A stretch of DNA of 63,162 nt, counting the filler, from Lenisia limosa (Eukaryota; Protista; Breviatea): assembly GCA_001655205.1 (NCBI GenBank). It is 14 parts of 14 records of this genome, joined end to end, with 100 filler letters (N's around TTAATTAATTAA, not from the genome) between each part and the next. Parts side by side here need not be neighbours in the genome. Positions count along the whole stretch, not along the records: positions 1 to 5,767 come from LPNZ01006448.1; positions 5,868 to 8,141 come from LPNZ01004442.1; positions 8,242 to 19,904 come from LPNZ01006179.1; 11 more parts are not named here. One strand, 5' to 3'. The notes beneath the pieces were generated by a model. The model had not been told where the DNA came from and did no database searches. It worked only from the letters and a program-made list of their open reading frames with translations. Below, in pieces: positions 1 to 12,439 of the stretch. The position numbers were made by a program, and so were the translations under genes. How positions within the stretch are numbered: the stretch's first letter is position 1; each line of letters opens with the position of its first letter.

Positions 1-31
1 CCCCCCCCCCCCGATCCTCATCACATTTTAG

Positions 32-479
32 GTCTTGTGCTCGTGGATGGGTGTTAGTTGGAAAGAAGGAAACCTGCCCGGTTTGCCAGTAAGCGGGGCC
101 CACCAAAGCGGGGTTAATAGCGGTTCTCTTTTTGAAATTACGACTCCGTGCAAGTAATTACAGGGACTCCGCGCAAGTAATTGGTATTGTTTTAAAAACA
201 AAAGTATAAAGGGGACATATTTTAACGAAAACCCCATTACATTTTTTATATTTTGCCAATTTATTTCCCCAAAATAGTAATTGCACGAACGCCTCGAAAT
301 TACATATCATATGATATGATATGTATACATGCTTGTGACTGATTAAAAAACGTAATAGTTGGCAATCCGAGTGTCTTCTAACTTGACCACAGTGAAAAGG
401 TCCATGTCAGGAACGTTGTGAAGAACCACATTCTTGGCGTTCAGACGATCCAATGGTCAAACATTCTCAACTTTGCACG
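32..479 (+). CDS. RNF121/RNF175-like RING-H2 E3 ligase, C-terminal exons (partial)
   Basis: Exons 32-88 and 393-479 are GT-AG and phase-compatible, and give SCARGWVLVGKKETCPVCHEKVHVRNVVKNHILGVQTIQWSNILNFAR. This resembles the RNF121 segment [21 protein letters not shown]...YGQLLDWLR (recalled, not searched). Confidence 0.7.
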
Positions 480-496
480 GTAAGCTGATCCCTACA

Positions 497-595
497 TAGG
501 GCTTCACTTCGGTTCGAAGAAAGACTGAATTTGTCGATAAATCCTCGAAAACTCTCGATATTTATCGGTCTGTTTCGGACAGAAGTGAAGCCCTG
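497..595. mobile_element. R1 hAT-like MITE copy
   Basis: TAGGGCTTCACTTCGGTTCGAA ... CAGAAGTGAAGCCCTG. Lies in the intron after the RNF121-like exon 2; TSD is degenerate. Confidence 0.8.
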
Positions 596-856
596 ACCAT
601 ACTCCATCCAAAATAATCAAAAAGTTCACAATCAAGCCTTTTAAACAGCACTTTAAGCTAACTAGTATAGGTACTTGATAGCTTGGCATCCCATTGTGAT
701 CAGCGCTATCCATATAGTTCTTCACCTGACAAATGTCCATCATCATCACAAGGCCCAAAAACCCGAGTAAACCGTGTTGGTGTTTCCAGGTTGTTTCCCT
801 TTCTTTGTTATTCAGTCTATTCTAAGTCTACCATATGGGGATGGGAGTCTCACAAC

Positions 857-956
857 TAGAGCTTCACTTCGGTTTGAAAAATACCAGCAAAATATCGGCA
901 GTTTTCGAGGATTTATCGAGACATTCAATCTTTTTTCGAACTAAAGTGAAGCCCTA
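857..956. mobile_element. R1 hAT-like MITE copy
   Basis: Terminal inverted repeats; flanked by ctcacaac/ctcgcaac (7/8 TSD). Confidence 0.85.
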
Positions 957-2070
957 CTCGCAACATTTAGTAAACCACCAAGTTGAGGGGGGGGGGGNNN
1001 NNNNNNNNNNNNNNNNNNNNNNNNNNNNNNNNNNNNNNNNNNNNNNNNNNNNNNNNNNNNNNNNNNNNNNNNNNNNNNNNNNNNNNNNNNNNNNNNNNNC
1101 AGTTAAGGGGGAGCTACGCAGGGGGTTGGTAGCCTGTGCTCAAAGTCATCTTCGCTGCGTTGTGAGAATAACATGATAATATATCAATAGTTTATGTAAA
1201 CATGTTTACTTGACTAAGTCAACATTCTAGATCTTCTACAGTTTATAGTGTATGATATGGGTTGCTCCTTACAATAGTATCATTCTTTATTGGCTTTATT
1301 GATTACTCAGAATCTCATATGAACAATTAGATATTGGCCAGGAAGCCCCCATACTAGGTCTCCTCGGACTCCTCCTCCACTGAGTCACTTTGGCTGAGCC
1401 TGAATAGTTACTTTGGAATTGGGGAATATCAGTAACATCCACTGTTCCCGAAAATTCCATGGGTTACGCAGAGAGACGGACATTTTGGGAGTATAAACCC
1501 TGATACTGAGGGAAGTCCACTGTACCGAATAGTTCCGTGGTGCATTATACACCCCCAGAATCCTAAAGCCAATCGAACCAGGAAAAACATTCCATATAAT
1601 ACTATATATGATATCATCTTTGGTTTTGTGAAGGATATCTTTGTTTCTCGCTTAGAGTGAGAACAGGAAGACAATTGATGGGGGGGGTTCATTCAGCCCA
1701 AATGATAAAGCAATACCCGCATCTTACATGTAGTCTTTATACACTGCCTCTAGTGAAGGGGACATGCCTAGTATATTAATATCATATCCGGTGATGTAAT
1801 GTACAGGTATAATAGTAAACGCTGAGGGTTCTGGCACAAACAACTCCCATACATTCCCCCATATTCTCCCCATACATGTGCCTTCAGTAATCGTCGGCCT
1901 AATTGTTTTTTGTAGCTCGGCGCTCAGTGATTTCACCTTTAAACTTATCGCAGCTATTGAGATTCATAAAATTTCACACATTGTTACTGGAATCTTGTTA
2001 TTATTTTGAGACCACATGAAAATAATGAATTTTCCAAATCAAATACCCTCATCACTGGATTCCGCCTATT

Positions 2071-3160
2071 TTACCGGTTTAATAATAATCCCAATATTTT
2101 GATGCATCGCATAAGTTTCCATTTTCGAATACCTTTTGGTTGAGGTTCTGGTTCAGTCCGGTCCAAACGGCTACCTCTTCTGACTCTCTTTTCTACATCA
2201 TCAATACTATATGATGTGATATGAATGATGTAAGTCATGCTGCCTTTTGAGTGGTGAAGTTGTATGATATGATGTAATTTGACAATTTGAAACGACATCC
2301 GTACCTCAGCGTCAGTCAACATAGCCTGCATCTCAAGCATGGCATTGTTAGTCTCCAAAAGGCGTTCTACAGCGGAGTTACATAATTGATATGGTATAAT
2401 AACGGCAAAACAAGTTCACAATAATGCAAAGTTACCATAATGATAGTTTTTATCTATCACACGCAAAACACTTTTCAACATTTCAAGCAAACTCAACACC
2501 ATAATCGACACTCTGTCAAGGAAAGAACGCTTGAGTATACTTAATATATAGAAATGGAAAATAACAGTTGTCGCTAAATCCGACAAAGCCATTTCTTTAC
2601 AATTCCTACTTGTTAGTATTATGATTTCCTGCTCCATATCCAAGGCAACTGCTTTTGCCGCTGCTAACTCCTATCGAAATAAGAAACTTACAAAAGAAAG
2701 TTAAAAAATTACAACTTTACTTTCACACTTCTTTCAATGACTCTCTGTCTTGTTTCAACACCTTCTTCTGGTAAAGTAGCAAGGCAATTTGCTCTTGCAT
2801 GTGTTCATCCTGAATATCTCAGAGCAAAATACAAAGCCGTAGATAACAAAGCCGTATATTTATATCATGTACATGAAATTACTAACTTATACTCCAACAT
2901 TAAATTCCCACGTAGAACAATATAGTACATTGATTGAATAACGTGTACCTCAAGACATCTCATGTCACAAACCTTCCGTTCTAGGATTGTGACATCATGG
3001 TGGGACTCTTCAAGAGATGACAAACTGACAAGTTAACCAACTTGAAATGAACGAAATGAATTTCACTCCGTTGATGGTGATTAAACGGTTTAACAAGCGC
3101 AAAGGTTGACCTTGCCTTACCTTGTAGATGTAGCATCTACTTGTCGGAACCTTTTTGGGG
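2071..3160 (-). CDS. Hypothetical multi-exon coiled-coil-like protein (tentative)
   Basis: AG/GT-bounded open segments such as ELAAAKAVALDMEQEIIILT and ERLLETNNAMLEMQAMLTDAE. No family recognised. Confidence 0.3.
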
Positions 3161-4789
3161 GTGAGTTCAGAGGTTTATGATAATGACAACTGTTTTGATA
3201 GCAAGATACCACCAATTATACAAAGGAAACACCCAACATGAAAAGCCAACGTTAAACATTATGAACTAGGATTTGGATTCCTTGTCATCACAAAAAGATC
3301 ATTTGTAGTAATGTTTCGAGAATGTATCAAGAAATTTCAACCAATTCACGACCTACATTTCAGGGTTGTCACCCATATTCACTGATCTATCAAGGGAGGG
3401 GAGACCCATTCTCTGAAGGGTAATAGGAATAAGCACACACACTTAAAAATCAAGCACAGCTCAAAGAAATATTGTCAAAGATGTTAATTACAAAGTGCCT
3501 CATCGTTAATCAATAAGTGTGTTTCTTTTCGAAGAGGAATTGAGTGAACAAATACTTGTATGTTTAATGACATTGTGATTTATTTGTTATTGTTATAACA
3601 ATCCATTCAAACCTGCTGTGTTTCCAGGTATTCTTCTTCTGAAGGCTCTTGATGGTACTCTAAAGTTTCATAGTATATTACCTACATTTGATATATTGAA
3701 TATCTCATTTATGACTTTTCAAGAACACTCTTCATACCTTGAAATTTTGAAGATGAGGGGTCAACTTTTCTGATGAGATGGTATTCACCAACCTTCTTGC
3801 TTGCATTCTCCATTCCTGATTGTTTACCCTGAAATATAAGGGAAGCATTTGTTAAAAGATAGTTAATAAGATGTGTCGGTAAATGCAGAACACTTATCAA
3901 ATTGATGTAATCCATTTTGTTTATAAATGCTATAGAAGCGTCAACAACATGACATGTTGCATTTGTGTGTTGTGTTTGAAGCCCCCATGTCTCAAAATGT
4001 ATGTGTTCACATGCGGGCATATTTATACAGGACACCATATTGTGACGCGTACCGAGACAACCGAGGGAATGGAGTGTCTCGCCGGTGTTTCTATAAATCG
4101 GTGATTTTCATTCAGTGTAAATATTAATCATTTGAAACATTTACTCACCCATTGAACAAGTAAGTCAGATTTGAGGGTGGGATGATAAAAACGGTAGGGG
4201 AAAGAACCTTATTCTTTGCTTAGGCTTGGGTAAAGTCACTAAATATATCTCACTAAAACAAGGAATAACTCTAATGACTATATTGGGTTTGCAGAAAGGT
4301 GTACAAACAGCCGATCACAACTTGCCTAATATGGAAGAAAGTACTTTTCAATCACAACAATCACCCTTATCCAGGAACCCCTCTTCTACATGCTTCCCAT
4401 TCTACCGTTGACACGTTTAACACAGTCAGCTTTTGCGTTATCTTTTGTTTCCTACTTTTTTTTTTACAAAAGTGTCGTCAATGTGGTCCACGCAATCACG
4501 TGGTATTTTCACTAAATTTTCAATGCTTTGGCAAAGCGATGCTGCAAAGCTGAATATTTCGAAAACCTTTCTTGCTATTGCTCGTTTGTTCAGCAAGAAA
4601 TTGCCAAGAAAGAGGGAAGGAGCTTTTCAGGGATATTACTCTCAATTTATGGAATAAATTTGGTGAATTACTATTAATTCAACCAGCCATTTGCTTGGTG
4701 ACCTGGTGATCACAGCTTTCAACGTGCCTCTACAGTAATACTTATATACTTACATATGATATTTCCTATACTGACAAATTATCAAAAAA

Positions 4790-5680
4790 CGCGTCCTATT
4801 TCGCCCAAAGCCGGAAGAGGAAGTTGGGATCAACAGTGACTCCGTTATCTGGGTCGGATATAGCGCCATGACATCCGATAGAAGTGACTGCTGGGCTCAG
4901 ACGATAGGTTGCAGAAGCACTACAAATGTGAACAGTTGGTTAAATATCATAGTAATAATCTTAAATTTGTCAGAGATAGCCTAAGATGCCTTGTACAATC
5001 ATTAACCCACATATCATTGTATCACCCCATACACAAATAACTTACCCGATATACTGTTGTAAGCCCCCCATACATATGGTTAGTAGGCCCCATACATATG
5101 GTTAGCTGTAATGAGACCACTTCCGGGTCCATTACAAAGTCCAAAGCCACTCCAGGATGCCTAGGGTTATGAGATTAGCCGGGATGAGAGAAGCTGTCTG
5201 GAAAGAAAATTCAATTTATGACAAAGCCAAAAGAGCAGGAGATAATAATACTATCCTAAAAATGGCCTCATTGCGGATCCATCGAGGGTGTAATGAGAAA
5301 GAGTGATTTCGGGAACTAAGTCAGATTCCCAAAATTAAGGTGACAGATCTTTCCCTACAAACAGAGGTTGTGCGGAGGTCACCACACATGTAATAGCTTG
5401 ATCCCCAGCTGGTGGGTGTACCAACGTGACCCCATTCTCCAGTCTACAGAAATGAGAAAACGATTGATCGAGAAATTCCGTCTTTTGGTACTGTCAGGAA
5501 GCCTAAGGTAAGCTGTAAACATAATTACTGATGGAGGTAGTCAAGTATGGCTTGTTTAATTGTAGAAAATCGATAGAAGAGAGAATTTCGTGCGTCCCTT
5601 GATATTACCTTGCTACCAAAATAGCCCCATTGCCCACACTTAATATTCCATGGACACCTGGTTGGAACGGCGACTGTTCT
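4790..5680 (-). CDS. Hypothetical multi-exon gene (tentative)
   Basis: Exon-like open segments such as FAEQSPFQPGVHGILSVGNGAILVAR and ASATYRLSPAVTSIGCHGAISDPDNG. No family recognised. Confidence 0.25.
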
Positions 5681-5767
5681 GCAAACACTAAATCGTGAGA
5701 AGAGGCCTTGAACTTCGAACCCTTAATAGCGCCCTGAAAACATCTGTCGTTATATAATGTGTTTCTC

Positions 5768-5867
5768 NNNNNNNNNNNNNNNNNNNNNNNNNNNNNNNNN
5801 NNNNNNNNNNNTTAATTAATTAANNNNNNNNNNNNNNNNNNNNNNNNNNNNNNNNNNNNNNNNNNNN
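5768..5867. other. Artificial contig spacer 1
   Basis: 44 N + TTAATTAATTAA (stop in all six frames) + 44 N. Confidence 0.97.
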
Positions 5868-7123
5868 GGAGGAGTGCGGGCAGTGGGATGGTTTGTGACC
5901 TAAAGTGTTAAAGGTCAGCACTGATGAGGCAAATTTGTCATCAAAATAAAATGTGCTTAAAACTATGGCATTTATTGAGATCTCTACCCAACTTAACCCT
6001 AAGTAACGATTTATTACGTAGGATATAATACTAATTTTTATTACGTAGGATATCCACTATGTTGTACATCACATACAATAGCTAGCTACATGTACTATGA
6101 TTACTAGTAAGCCTTGATCAATATTCCAAAACGATAAAAGTGCTACTAAAACTACCTTCCAGCAAGATGTTTCAAAACAATTGAGAAAAGCTAACCTGGG
6201 AGGTTGTAATAGGAACGGAGGGTTGGTCGAGTGAAGGCTGTGCGTTGAGAGTTGGTGCCTGGGGGGTTATTATGCCGCATATGGTAAGCAACAAGAATAA
6301 ATGCCCTTCCCNNNNNNNNNNNNNNNNNNNNNNNNNNNNNNNNNNNNNNNNNNNNNNNNNNNNNNNNNNNNNNNNNNNNNNNNNNNNNNNNNNNNNNNNN
6401 NNNNNNNNNNNNNNNNNNNNNNNNNNNNNNNNNNNNNNNNNNNNNNNCGGACACACGGACAGCTTGAAGTTGACCCCTTGTATAGGCCATTGCTAGTGTT
6501 TTTTTGAAAAAATGCTTCAACAGATACATAGAGAAATGAACCTCCTAATGTTCCCTAACCTTGTTTTTCAATTTTGAGCAAATGTCAAAAATCCGTGAAT
6601 TTGGTCTCGCGGGTCCCCTTTGGCCTTTTTACAGGATTTTTTTCTGAATCTTACCCTTTTAGTGTTAAGAAACAAAAATTTGTACCCCTCGGAGTAATTG
6701 GTTCCGGGTTCCCNNNNNNNNNNNNNNNNNNNNNNNNNNNNNNNNNNNNNNNNNNNNNNNNNNNNNNNNNNNNNNNNNNNNNNNNNNNNNNNNNNNNNNN
6801 NNNNNNNNNNNNNNNNNNNNNNNNNNNNNNNNNNNNNNNNNNNNNNNNNNNNNNNNNNNNNNNNNNNNNNNNNNNNNNNNNNNNNNNNNNNNNNNNNNNN
6901 NNNNNNNNNNNNNNNNNNNNNNNNNNNNNNNNNNNNNNNNNNNNNNNNNNNNNNNNNNNNNNNNNNNNNNNNNNNNNNNNNNNNNNNNNNNGTATGGAAA
7001 ACTCAAGCTGTCCGGGAGTTTTGATGTGTCCGGGAATTTTGAATGATGTCCGAAGCTTTGACTATACATACATATATGTATATGTATTATATCCCCCCCT
7101 CCCCTCCAACATGCAGCATAACT

Positions 7124-7213
7124 TAAGCTTCACTAAAAAAGTGGAAATATTGATAGTTATTTGAGGATTTATCGAGAAAATTCAGTCTTTTTTCGACCTT
7201 AAGTGAAGCCCTA
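7124..7213. mobile_element. R1 MITE, degenerate copy
   Basis: Core gaggatttatcgagaaaattcagtcttttttcg plus right TIR aagtgaagcccta. Confidence 0.7.
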
Positions 7214-8141
7214 AGCAACCCCCCCCCCCAACTTGGAGNNNNNNNNNNNNNNNNNNNNNNNNNNNNNNNNNNNNNNNNNNNNNNNNNNNNNNNNNNNNNN
7301 NNNNNNNNNNNNNNNNNNNNNNNNNNNNNNNNNNNNNNACGATTTCGGTACTGGGTGAATTAGTATTACTAAAATCCAATATCTCTTGCTTGGATTACTA
7401 AAATCAAACATCTTTTATGTGAGTGACTTATTAATGGTTCTTATATGGTTGATACTGTATTTTGCGTCATTTACTAGAAATATTGCAATATCTCCTTTCA
7501 GCGGATGGTCCAGATATAGCCAGGTTGTATTTCTAATTGAAATATATTTCGGCTTTATTGTCATATTGCCAGATTGAAAGTTGATATGCGGTAAGATTCC
7601 ATACATAATGATTAACCCCCCCCCCCCACTCTGACTGTGGGGCAGGCTGGGTGCTTGGAAAGGGTGTGGGTTCCTTGAACGTAAGAAGAAGGAAATCATC
7701 AAAGCCATCCGCCATTTAGTGATGTTGATTACAATCACATTCATGCAAATGTATAATAAAAAGGATGCTGTGGAAATAATGCTGTAAGAAAACACTTTTT
7801 GAAATGAAAGTGTCTGAAATGGCGTCCTCGTGTCCCTTCAAAATTCAATCAAAATACTGCCTCAATACACGGAGTCAACCTCCCCACCCCTAAACAGACA
7901 GATATTAGCCCAGATGGCTCAGCAGTCAAGATGGAAAAGACAAGATAAATAATATGAAACAATTCCCGTTCTAATTACCTTAGACGCGGTGGGATTGATT
8001 ACGGTGGGGGAGGAATTCTGGGAAATGAGCAAGAGAGAATCATTTAAAGCAAATTTCATAAAACTATCCGTATGAACATCGAAACTTGTAGAGGTAATAA
8101 ATACCTGGGGGGTGGCGGAAGGTTGAGGGGGCTGGAATTGG

Positions 8142-8241
8142 NNNNNNNNNNNNNNNNNNNNNNNNNNNNNNNNNNNNNNNNNNNNTTAATTAATTAANNN
8201 NNNNNNNNNNNNNNNNNNNNNNNNNNNNNNNNNNNNNNNNN
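8142..8241. other. Artificial contig spacer 2
   Basis: 44 N + TTAATTAATTAA + 44 N. Confidence 0.97.
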
Positions 8242-8286
8242 ATGGTCCCCCCCCCCCCCAATGTCTTTTTAATGGATCCAGTGTGG

Positions 8287-10152
8287 AAGAACCGCAGCAC
8301 ACGTTGAAACGTCATGCTCATCTGTGAAGGCTTGTTTTGATGCTAAGGGCAGTACGGGGGAAGGACTCAATAAAATATGCTGATATAGTATATGATATAT
8401 TACATATGTACTCACATTATGTAACTAAGTTTTCCTACATTAATTTTTTCAGTGTACAATGCACTTGCCTTATTGTTGTAGTAACACCCGAATCTCGATC
8501 CTATTGGTTAAAGCCTTCAACCTCCGTGGGGGGGTCTTTTTTTCTGCTGTTTTCTGTTTGTGATCTACTTCTTGCTCACTTTATTGGTTGTGTTTGTCTC
8601 GTCTTTATGGCATAACTGTTGCAGCCGATGATGGAGGCCTATTGTGACTTCAGCCTTGGGGGCGAGCCTTGGATGCTTGTCATGAACTACTACCATAAGG
8701 TAGGCTCGCACTACATGACATGTGGCCAGTTTTATACGGGGCTGAGGTGATGTGTTATGAATTGAATAAATTATTAATGTAATACTAATCTAGTGACTGA
8801 ATTCAAATGTACATAACTGTCTCTCAAGATACAATTTTCAGATACAGTACAACCTTAGATATACAATATGACCTGGACTTTTCCGGTCTTCTTTTGCTTC
8901 AGCCTGACGATATGTGTAGTCCTCAGTTTCAAGTGTGGACGTAGCGTTGACATCATCATTGCCCCTCTACACCGAACGCAGTGTCGGAATTGACGGTTTG
9001 AAGGATTGTTTGAAATGATTTGGCTTGTTTACTCCTTATTATTTCAATTGTGCCACTATTAAATTGTTTCTTTCTTGTTTTTGGATATATGTATATGGGG
9101 ATCATTGTCACTATCTCAGGCTCATTTTATTCAACCGAATGGGGGCATGCGGCACCAAGCCTCCTTAGTCAATTTCCGTTTTCCGAAATTAGGTTCTACT
9201 GCAAAGTGAGGGGAATTTCAACTTGACACCAAAATCCTTACACTTCGAGTTATCATTTTGGTTGAGCAGCTTGCTTTCAATGCTAATAATTGATAAAGAG
9301 AAAAAGCTCTTTGTTATTTTCTGCGAGGACATTATCCAGAATATTTTAAAACAGAAAATCCTCGGAACACAATCGAATAATAAAATCCCATACATAGCGC
9401 CTCACAATGCAGGGAGATTCAGCTGCTGAGAACATCCACTTTAGCAGTTCCCACAACCTGAACTATTTCAAGACCGGGACTGGGGATTACTACAATGGAC
9501 TCAAAACCTCGGTAAGCATGGTGTAAGGCTAACATTCTTGTTGTTGTTCAGTTTTTGTTTATCTTTCAAGGGATTCACCACGCTGACTGGGCATTATGAG
9601 TCCAGACTTCCAGGTGAGTGGGTTTTCAATCCATCATGATAGAGTTGTTACATTCGTCCGATAATCCCCACTCCCCTCTCTCAAGCTTATTGTATTAATA
9701 CGTTTTCATTTCTTCAGCGATAACTGATAGTGGGTATCAAAATCAAGGCGATAGTGCAGTCAACAGCTTCCCGTTCTATGTGAATGCAGGTAGGCTGCTT
9801 ATGATTCAATAAACGTCACATTACAGCTCTGAGAAATACGGGGGGTAATGAGCCCCTAATTATCTTTATTGTGTCAATTTCTCCTCTGAAACCTTTTATT
9901 GGCTTTATATATGATATGTAGTGTATGGAATATTTAAAACGAATCATAACACCACACAGTTGTAGGGATCAGAGATGAACAATGCAGCTAAAGCTTAATA
10001 TCTGCATTTCAGAATACCCCTTTTCCCATTGTCTTAATCTTCACCCAGGCACGGAATACCGCTATGCAGCACGCTACCTTGCTGGTAACGGGTACTACTA
10101 CCTATGCAACCAGCCCGCTTCTGTAAAAAATACCAAAAATGGCCACTGGCAA
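8287..10152 (+). CDS. Secreted-type protein with fibrinogen-like 'YCD..GGxW' domain (partial, about 8 exons)
   Basis: Exons read ETSCSSVKAC; RSYWLKPSTS; PMMEAYCDFSLGGEPWMLVMNYYHK; GSFYSTEWGHAAPSLLSQFPFSEIRFYCK; ENIHFSSSHNLNYFKTGTG; FTTLTGHYESRLP; YQNQGDSAVNSFPFY; NGHWQ. GT-AG boundaries. Confidence 0.65.
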
Positions 10153-10555
10153 GTAAGTACCTGCAATCTTCTCCTTTGTACAAGGTTAATGTCACACCAA
10201 GGGATGATGTTGCTCTTATCATCACGATGATCAAGAGTGATGATGTGTCCTATTTTATTTTCCATCTCTACATGTTCCTCATGATGTAGGCCTTCATTCG
10301 TTGAGCTGTATCAATCTATGTAGTGTTTGTATTTCCGTCTAATATTGAAAGTAATTGATATCCTGGTTGTTCTTCCCGGGGAGAGGAGGGGGGTTTTGAT
10401 TCACCGCTGGGCTCCTGGTGTAAATAAAGATGAAATACATGGGTGAAATCGGAGTTTGACAAACAGGCGTAGAGATTTCCTTCGTCTGTTCTTTCTGCCT
10501 TTTTGGGAGGGCCATTCTGCTACCAATACTATCACCATACATTAACATTCAGGAA

Positions 10556-12111
10556 TTAAAACTGTGAAACCGCCTTTTCAAGAGCCTTTGTCATCAACTA
10601 TAACCGTAAACTTCAATCGCAATTATGCCCAGTGGGTATTATGTGTTCATAGTTTGAGTCACGCTTTTCGGTATTTCCCTATCGACTAACACGTAAGCGT
10701 GAACATACCAGTGCGTCCATTTTGTAGACAGCAGTTGAGGGGTCAGAGGGCTTGGCAAAGAACCTCGAATCCACAATACTGGCACCTCTGCACTTGCCCT
10801 GAGCGGTAAAGGTCCTTCCACAGTCGCATATATTATTACTGATAAATATAGAAAGGAAATTAACAAAATTGCAGTAAAGCTCATGTTTATATGAACAAGG
10901 GCTAAGTACCCATACAAACGTAATAGGTAAGAAAAAAACAACGATACAATACAGCATGATTGAAACAAACCTGAAGTTCAATGAAAATGTCTGATTGGGT
11001 TGAGTGAGTGATGAGGTTCTTGTTCACAACAACAGCAACTGCGTAAACGTCTGTGGAGGTAAGGAGCGTCATCTTGTTCTATTCGTTCACTTCAAATCAA
11101 GCACTGGATCGAGGAAGCAAACCGGGCATGAGGTTTCCTGACGGGCAGTTGGGCTTGAGAGTGGCCTCGAGTTGGGCATTGATGGTTTTCAAAACTTCCG
11201 TATTTGGTGACTGCTTTCTGAACTCATAAGTGGCCTTCAAGAAATAATGACGATGAGAATAACAGATACAAAGTTATTATTTCACATGAGGTTGAGTACA
11301 CAAACGCCTCATGGAGCAATATACTATTGGATAAAAAATGGTATTAGACAAGTAGGCATTGGTATTAGCTGCCTACTCCGCATTGTTCATGAGGTTCTCC
11401 CAGTCCACCCAGGGGATGGGGCAGTCCAGACACACTTCCCAAGGAACAATTGTCTGCGTAGTAGTCAATAACAATAGGTAAAAAGGGGTAATTAATGAAA
11501 CAAGCTTTGATAAACAAAGCCAAATCCATAATATAACATAACCACAAGTACATCGTATTAATCTTTACTCTGCCAGAATATGGACTATGGGGCTATTTTT
11601 CATTTCTTAGACCACTTTACAGACCTTTGAGAGGAATTTCTCATTAAAGCACATGTGGGCAGCTTCAGGGTCGGCGCAGTAGTTGAATTCAGCTGCGGGT
11701 GTACAGTTACCCCTTCCTGTTGTAGCTCCTCCTGTGGGGGGGGGGGGGNNNNNNNNNNNAGACCTGGAGGGGGTGGGATGAAATGTGAGTGGGGGGAGTA
11801 AAACGAAGGAAATATCGATGAAGAATATTGACGTGAAGGTACTAATCACGAACCGAATAATCTGAAACTCCAAACAAACAAAAAACAAGCATTAACAAAC
11901 ATGAGCAACCAAGACAAAAACCAGATGACAAAAATACAACAACAAAAAGTAATGTCAATTTTGGCTTGTTCGTGAATAGTATTTTCCTCTTTACACAAAC
12001 ACATTCGATATATTTTAAACCTAGGCATGATGCGTAAAAAAAGGTCCCCTCACCGCCTCAGCCAAACTTGACTCAAACGCCAGGTTTTGCTGTAGTTCAG
12101 GTTTTAGATAT
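10556..12111 (-). CDS. Inosine-uridine preferring nucleoside hydrolase (IU-NH), C-terminal half
   Basis: Exon 11731-11625 gives GGATTGRGNCTPAAEFNYCADPEAAHMCF (the GNxTPxAEFN..DPEAA motif). Downstream exons: TIVPWEVCL; DVYAVAVVVN..IFIELQ; GKCRGASIVD. Last exon 10597-10556 ends in TAA. Confidence 0.8.
11791..11949 (-). repeat. R2 element (shares 3' module with R3)
   Basis: …gtttggagtttcagattattcggttcgtgattagtacc…atcgatatttccttcgttttactcccccc on the minus strand. Sense to the IU-NH intron; ends ~26 nt before an AG at 11765-11764. Confidence 0.8.
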
Positions 12112-12311
12112 CTGATGGGTGAGTAATAAAGAAGCAATGGCAGTCAGGAACTCATTGCTATGATATACTATATCTATGTATAGAAATTAATTAGAAATAA
12201 AAAATATGGCTGTATCTGGCCGAAGCCGTAACTATGATACTTCACTCAATGGAACCGTTACGCACTGGGGTAACATTGTTCGACTATTTGGAGTATATCG
12301 TATACTATGTA

Positions 12312-12389
12312 CTGTAACCTGGATAAGTCTAGCACATTTTGCTATGTGACTTCCCATGGAAAATTGGTCACGACTTATCCCGGTCACTG
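12312..12389. mobile_element. R5 Tc1/mariner-like MITE
   Basis: TA|CTGTAACCTGGATAAGTC … GACTTATCCCGGTCACTG|TA: TIR consensus CAGTGACCGGGATAAGTC with TA TSD. Confidence 0.7.
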
Positions 12390-12439
12390 TATATAAATAT
12401 ATATGATATATAAAATACAGTATATTATAATAAGGATCT

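Noticed and set aside
497-956. R1 palindromic repeats as CRISPR, REP or RNA genes
   Set aside because: They are dispersed, intronic, in both orientations, have no spacers and carry 8-bp TSDs, which fits a MITE.
5067-5107. 22-bp tandem duplication (ccccatacatatggttag), and similar ones at 49417-49460 and 57246-57287
   Set aside because: These are ordinary local duplications not tied to a splice junction I could define.
5812-5823. Palindromic TTAATTAATTAA recurring 13 times
   Set aside because: It is always centred in exactly 44 N + 12 + 44 N and gives stops in six frames, so it is an artificial concatenation linker.
6313-6991. ORF-track entries running through N gaps (many, e.g. 6574-7164, 29448-30146, 34849-35178)
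   Set aside because: They are open only because Ns translate as X, so they are not evidence of coding sequence.
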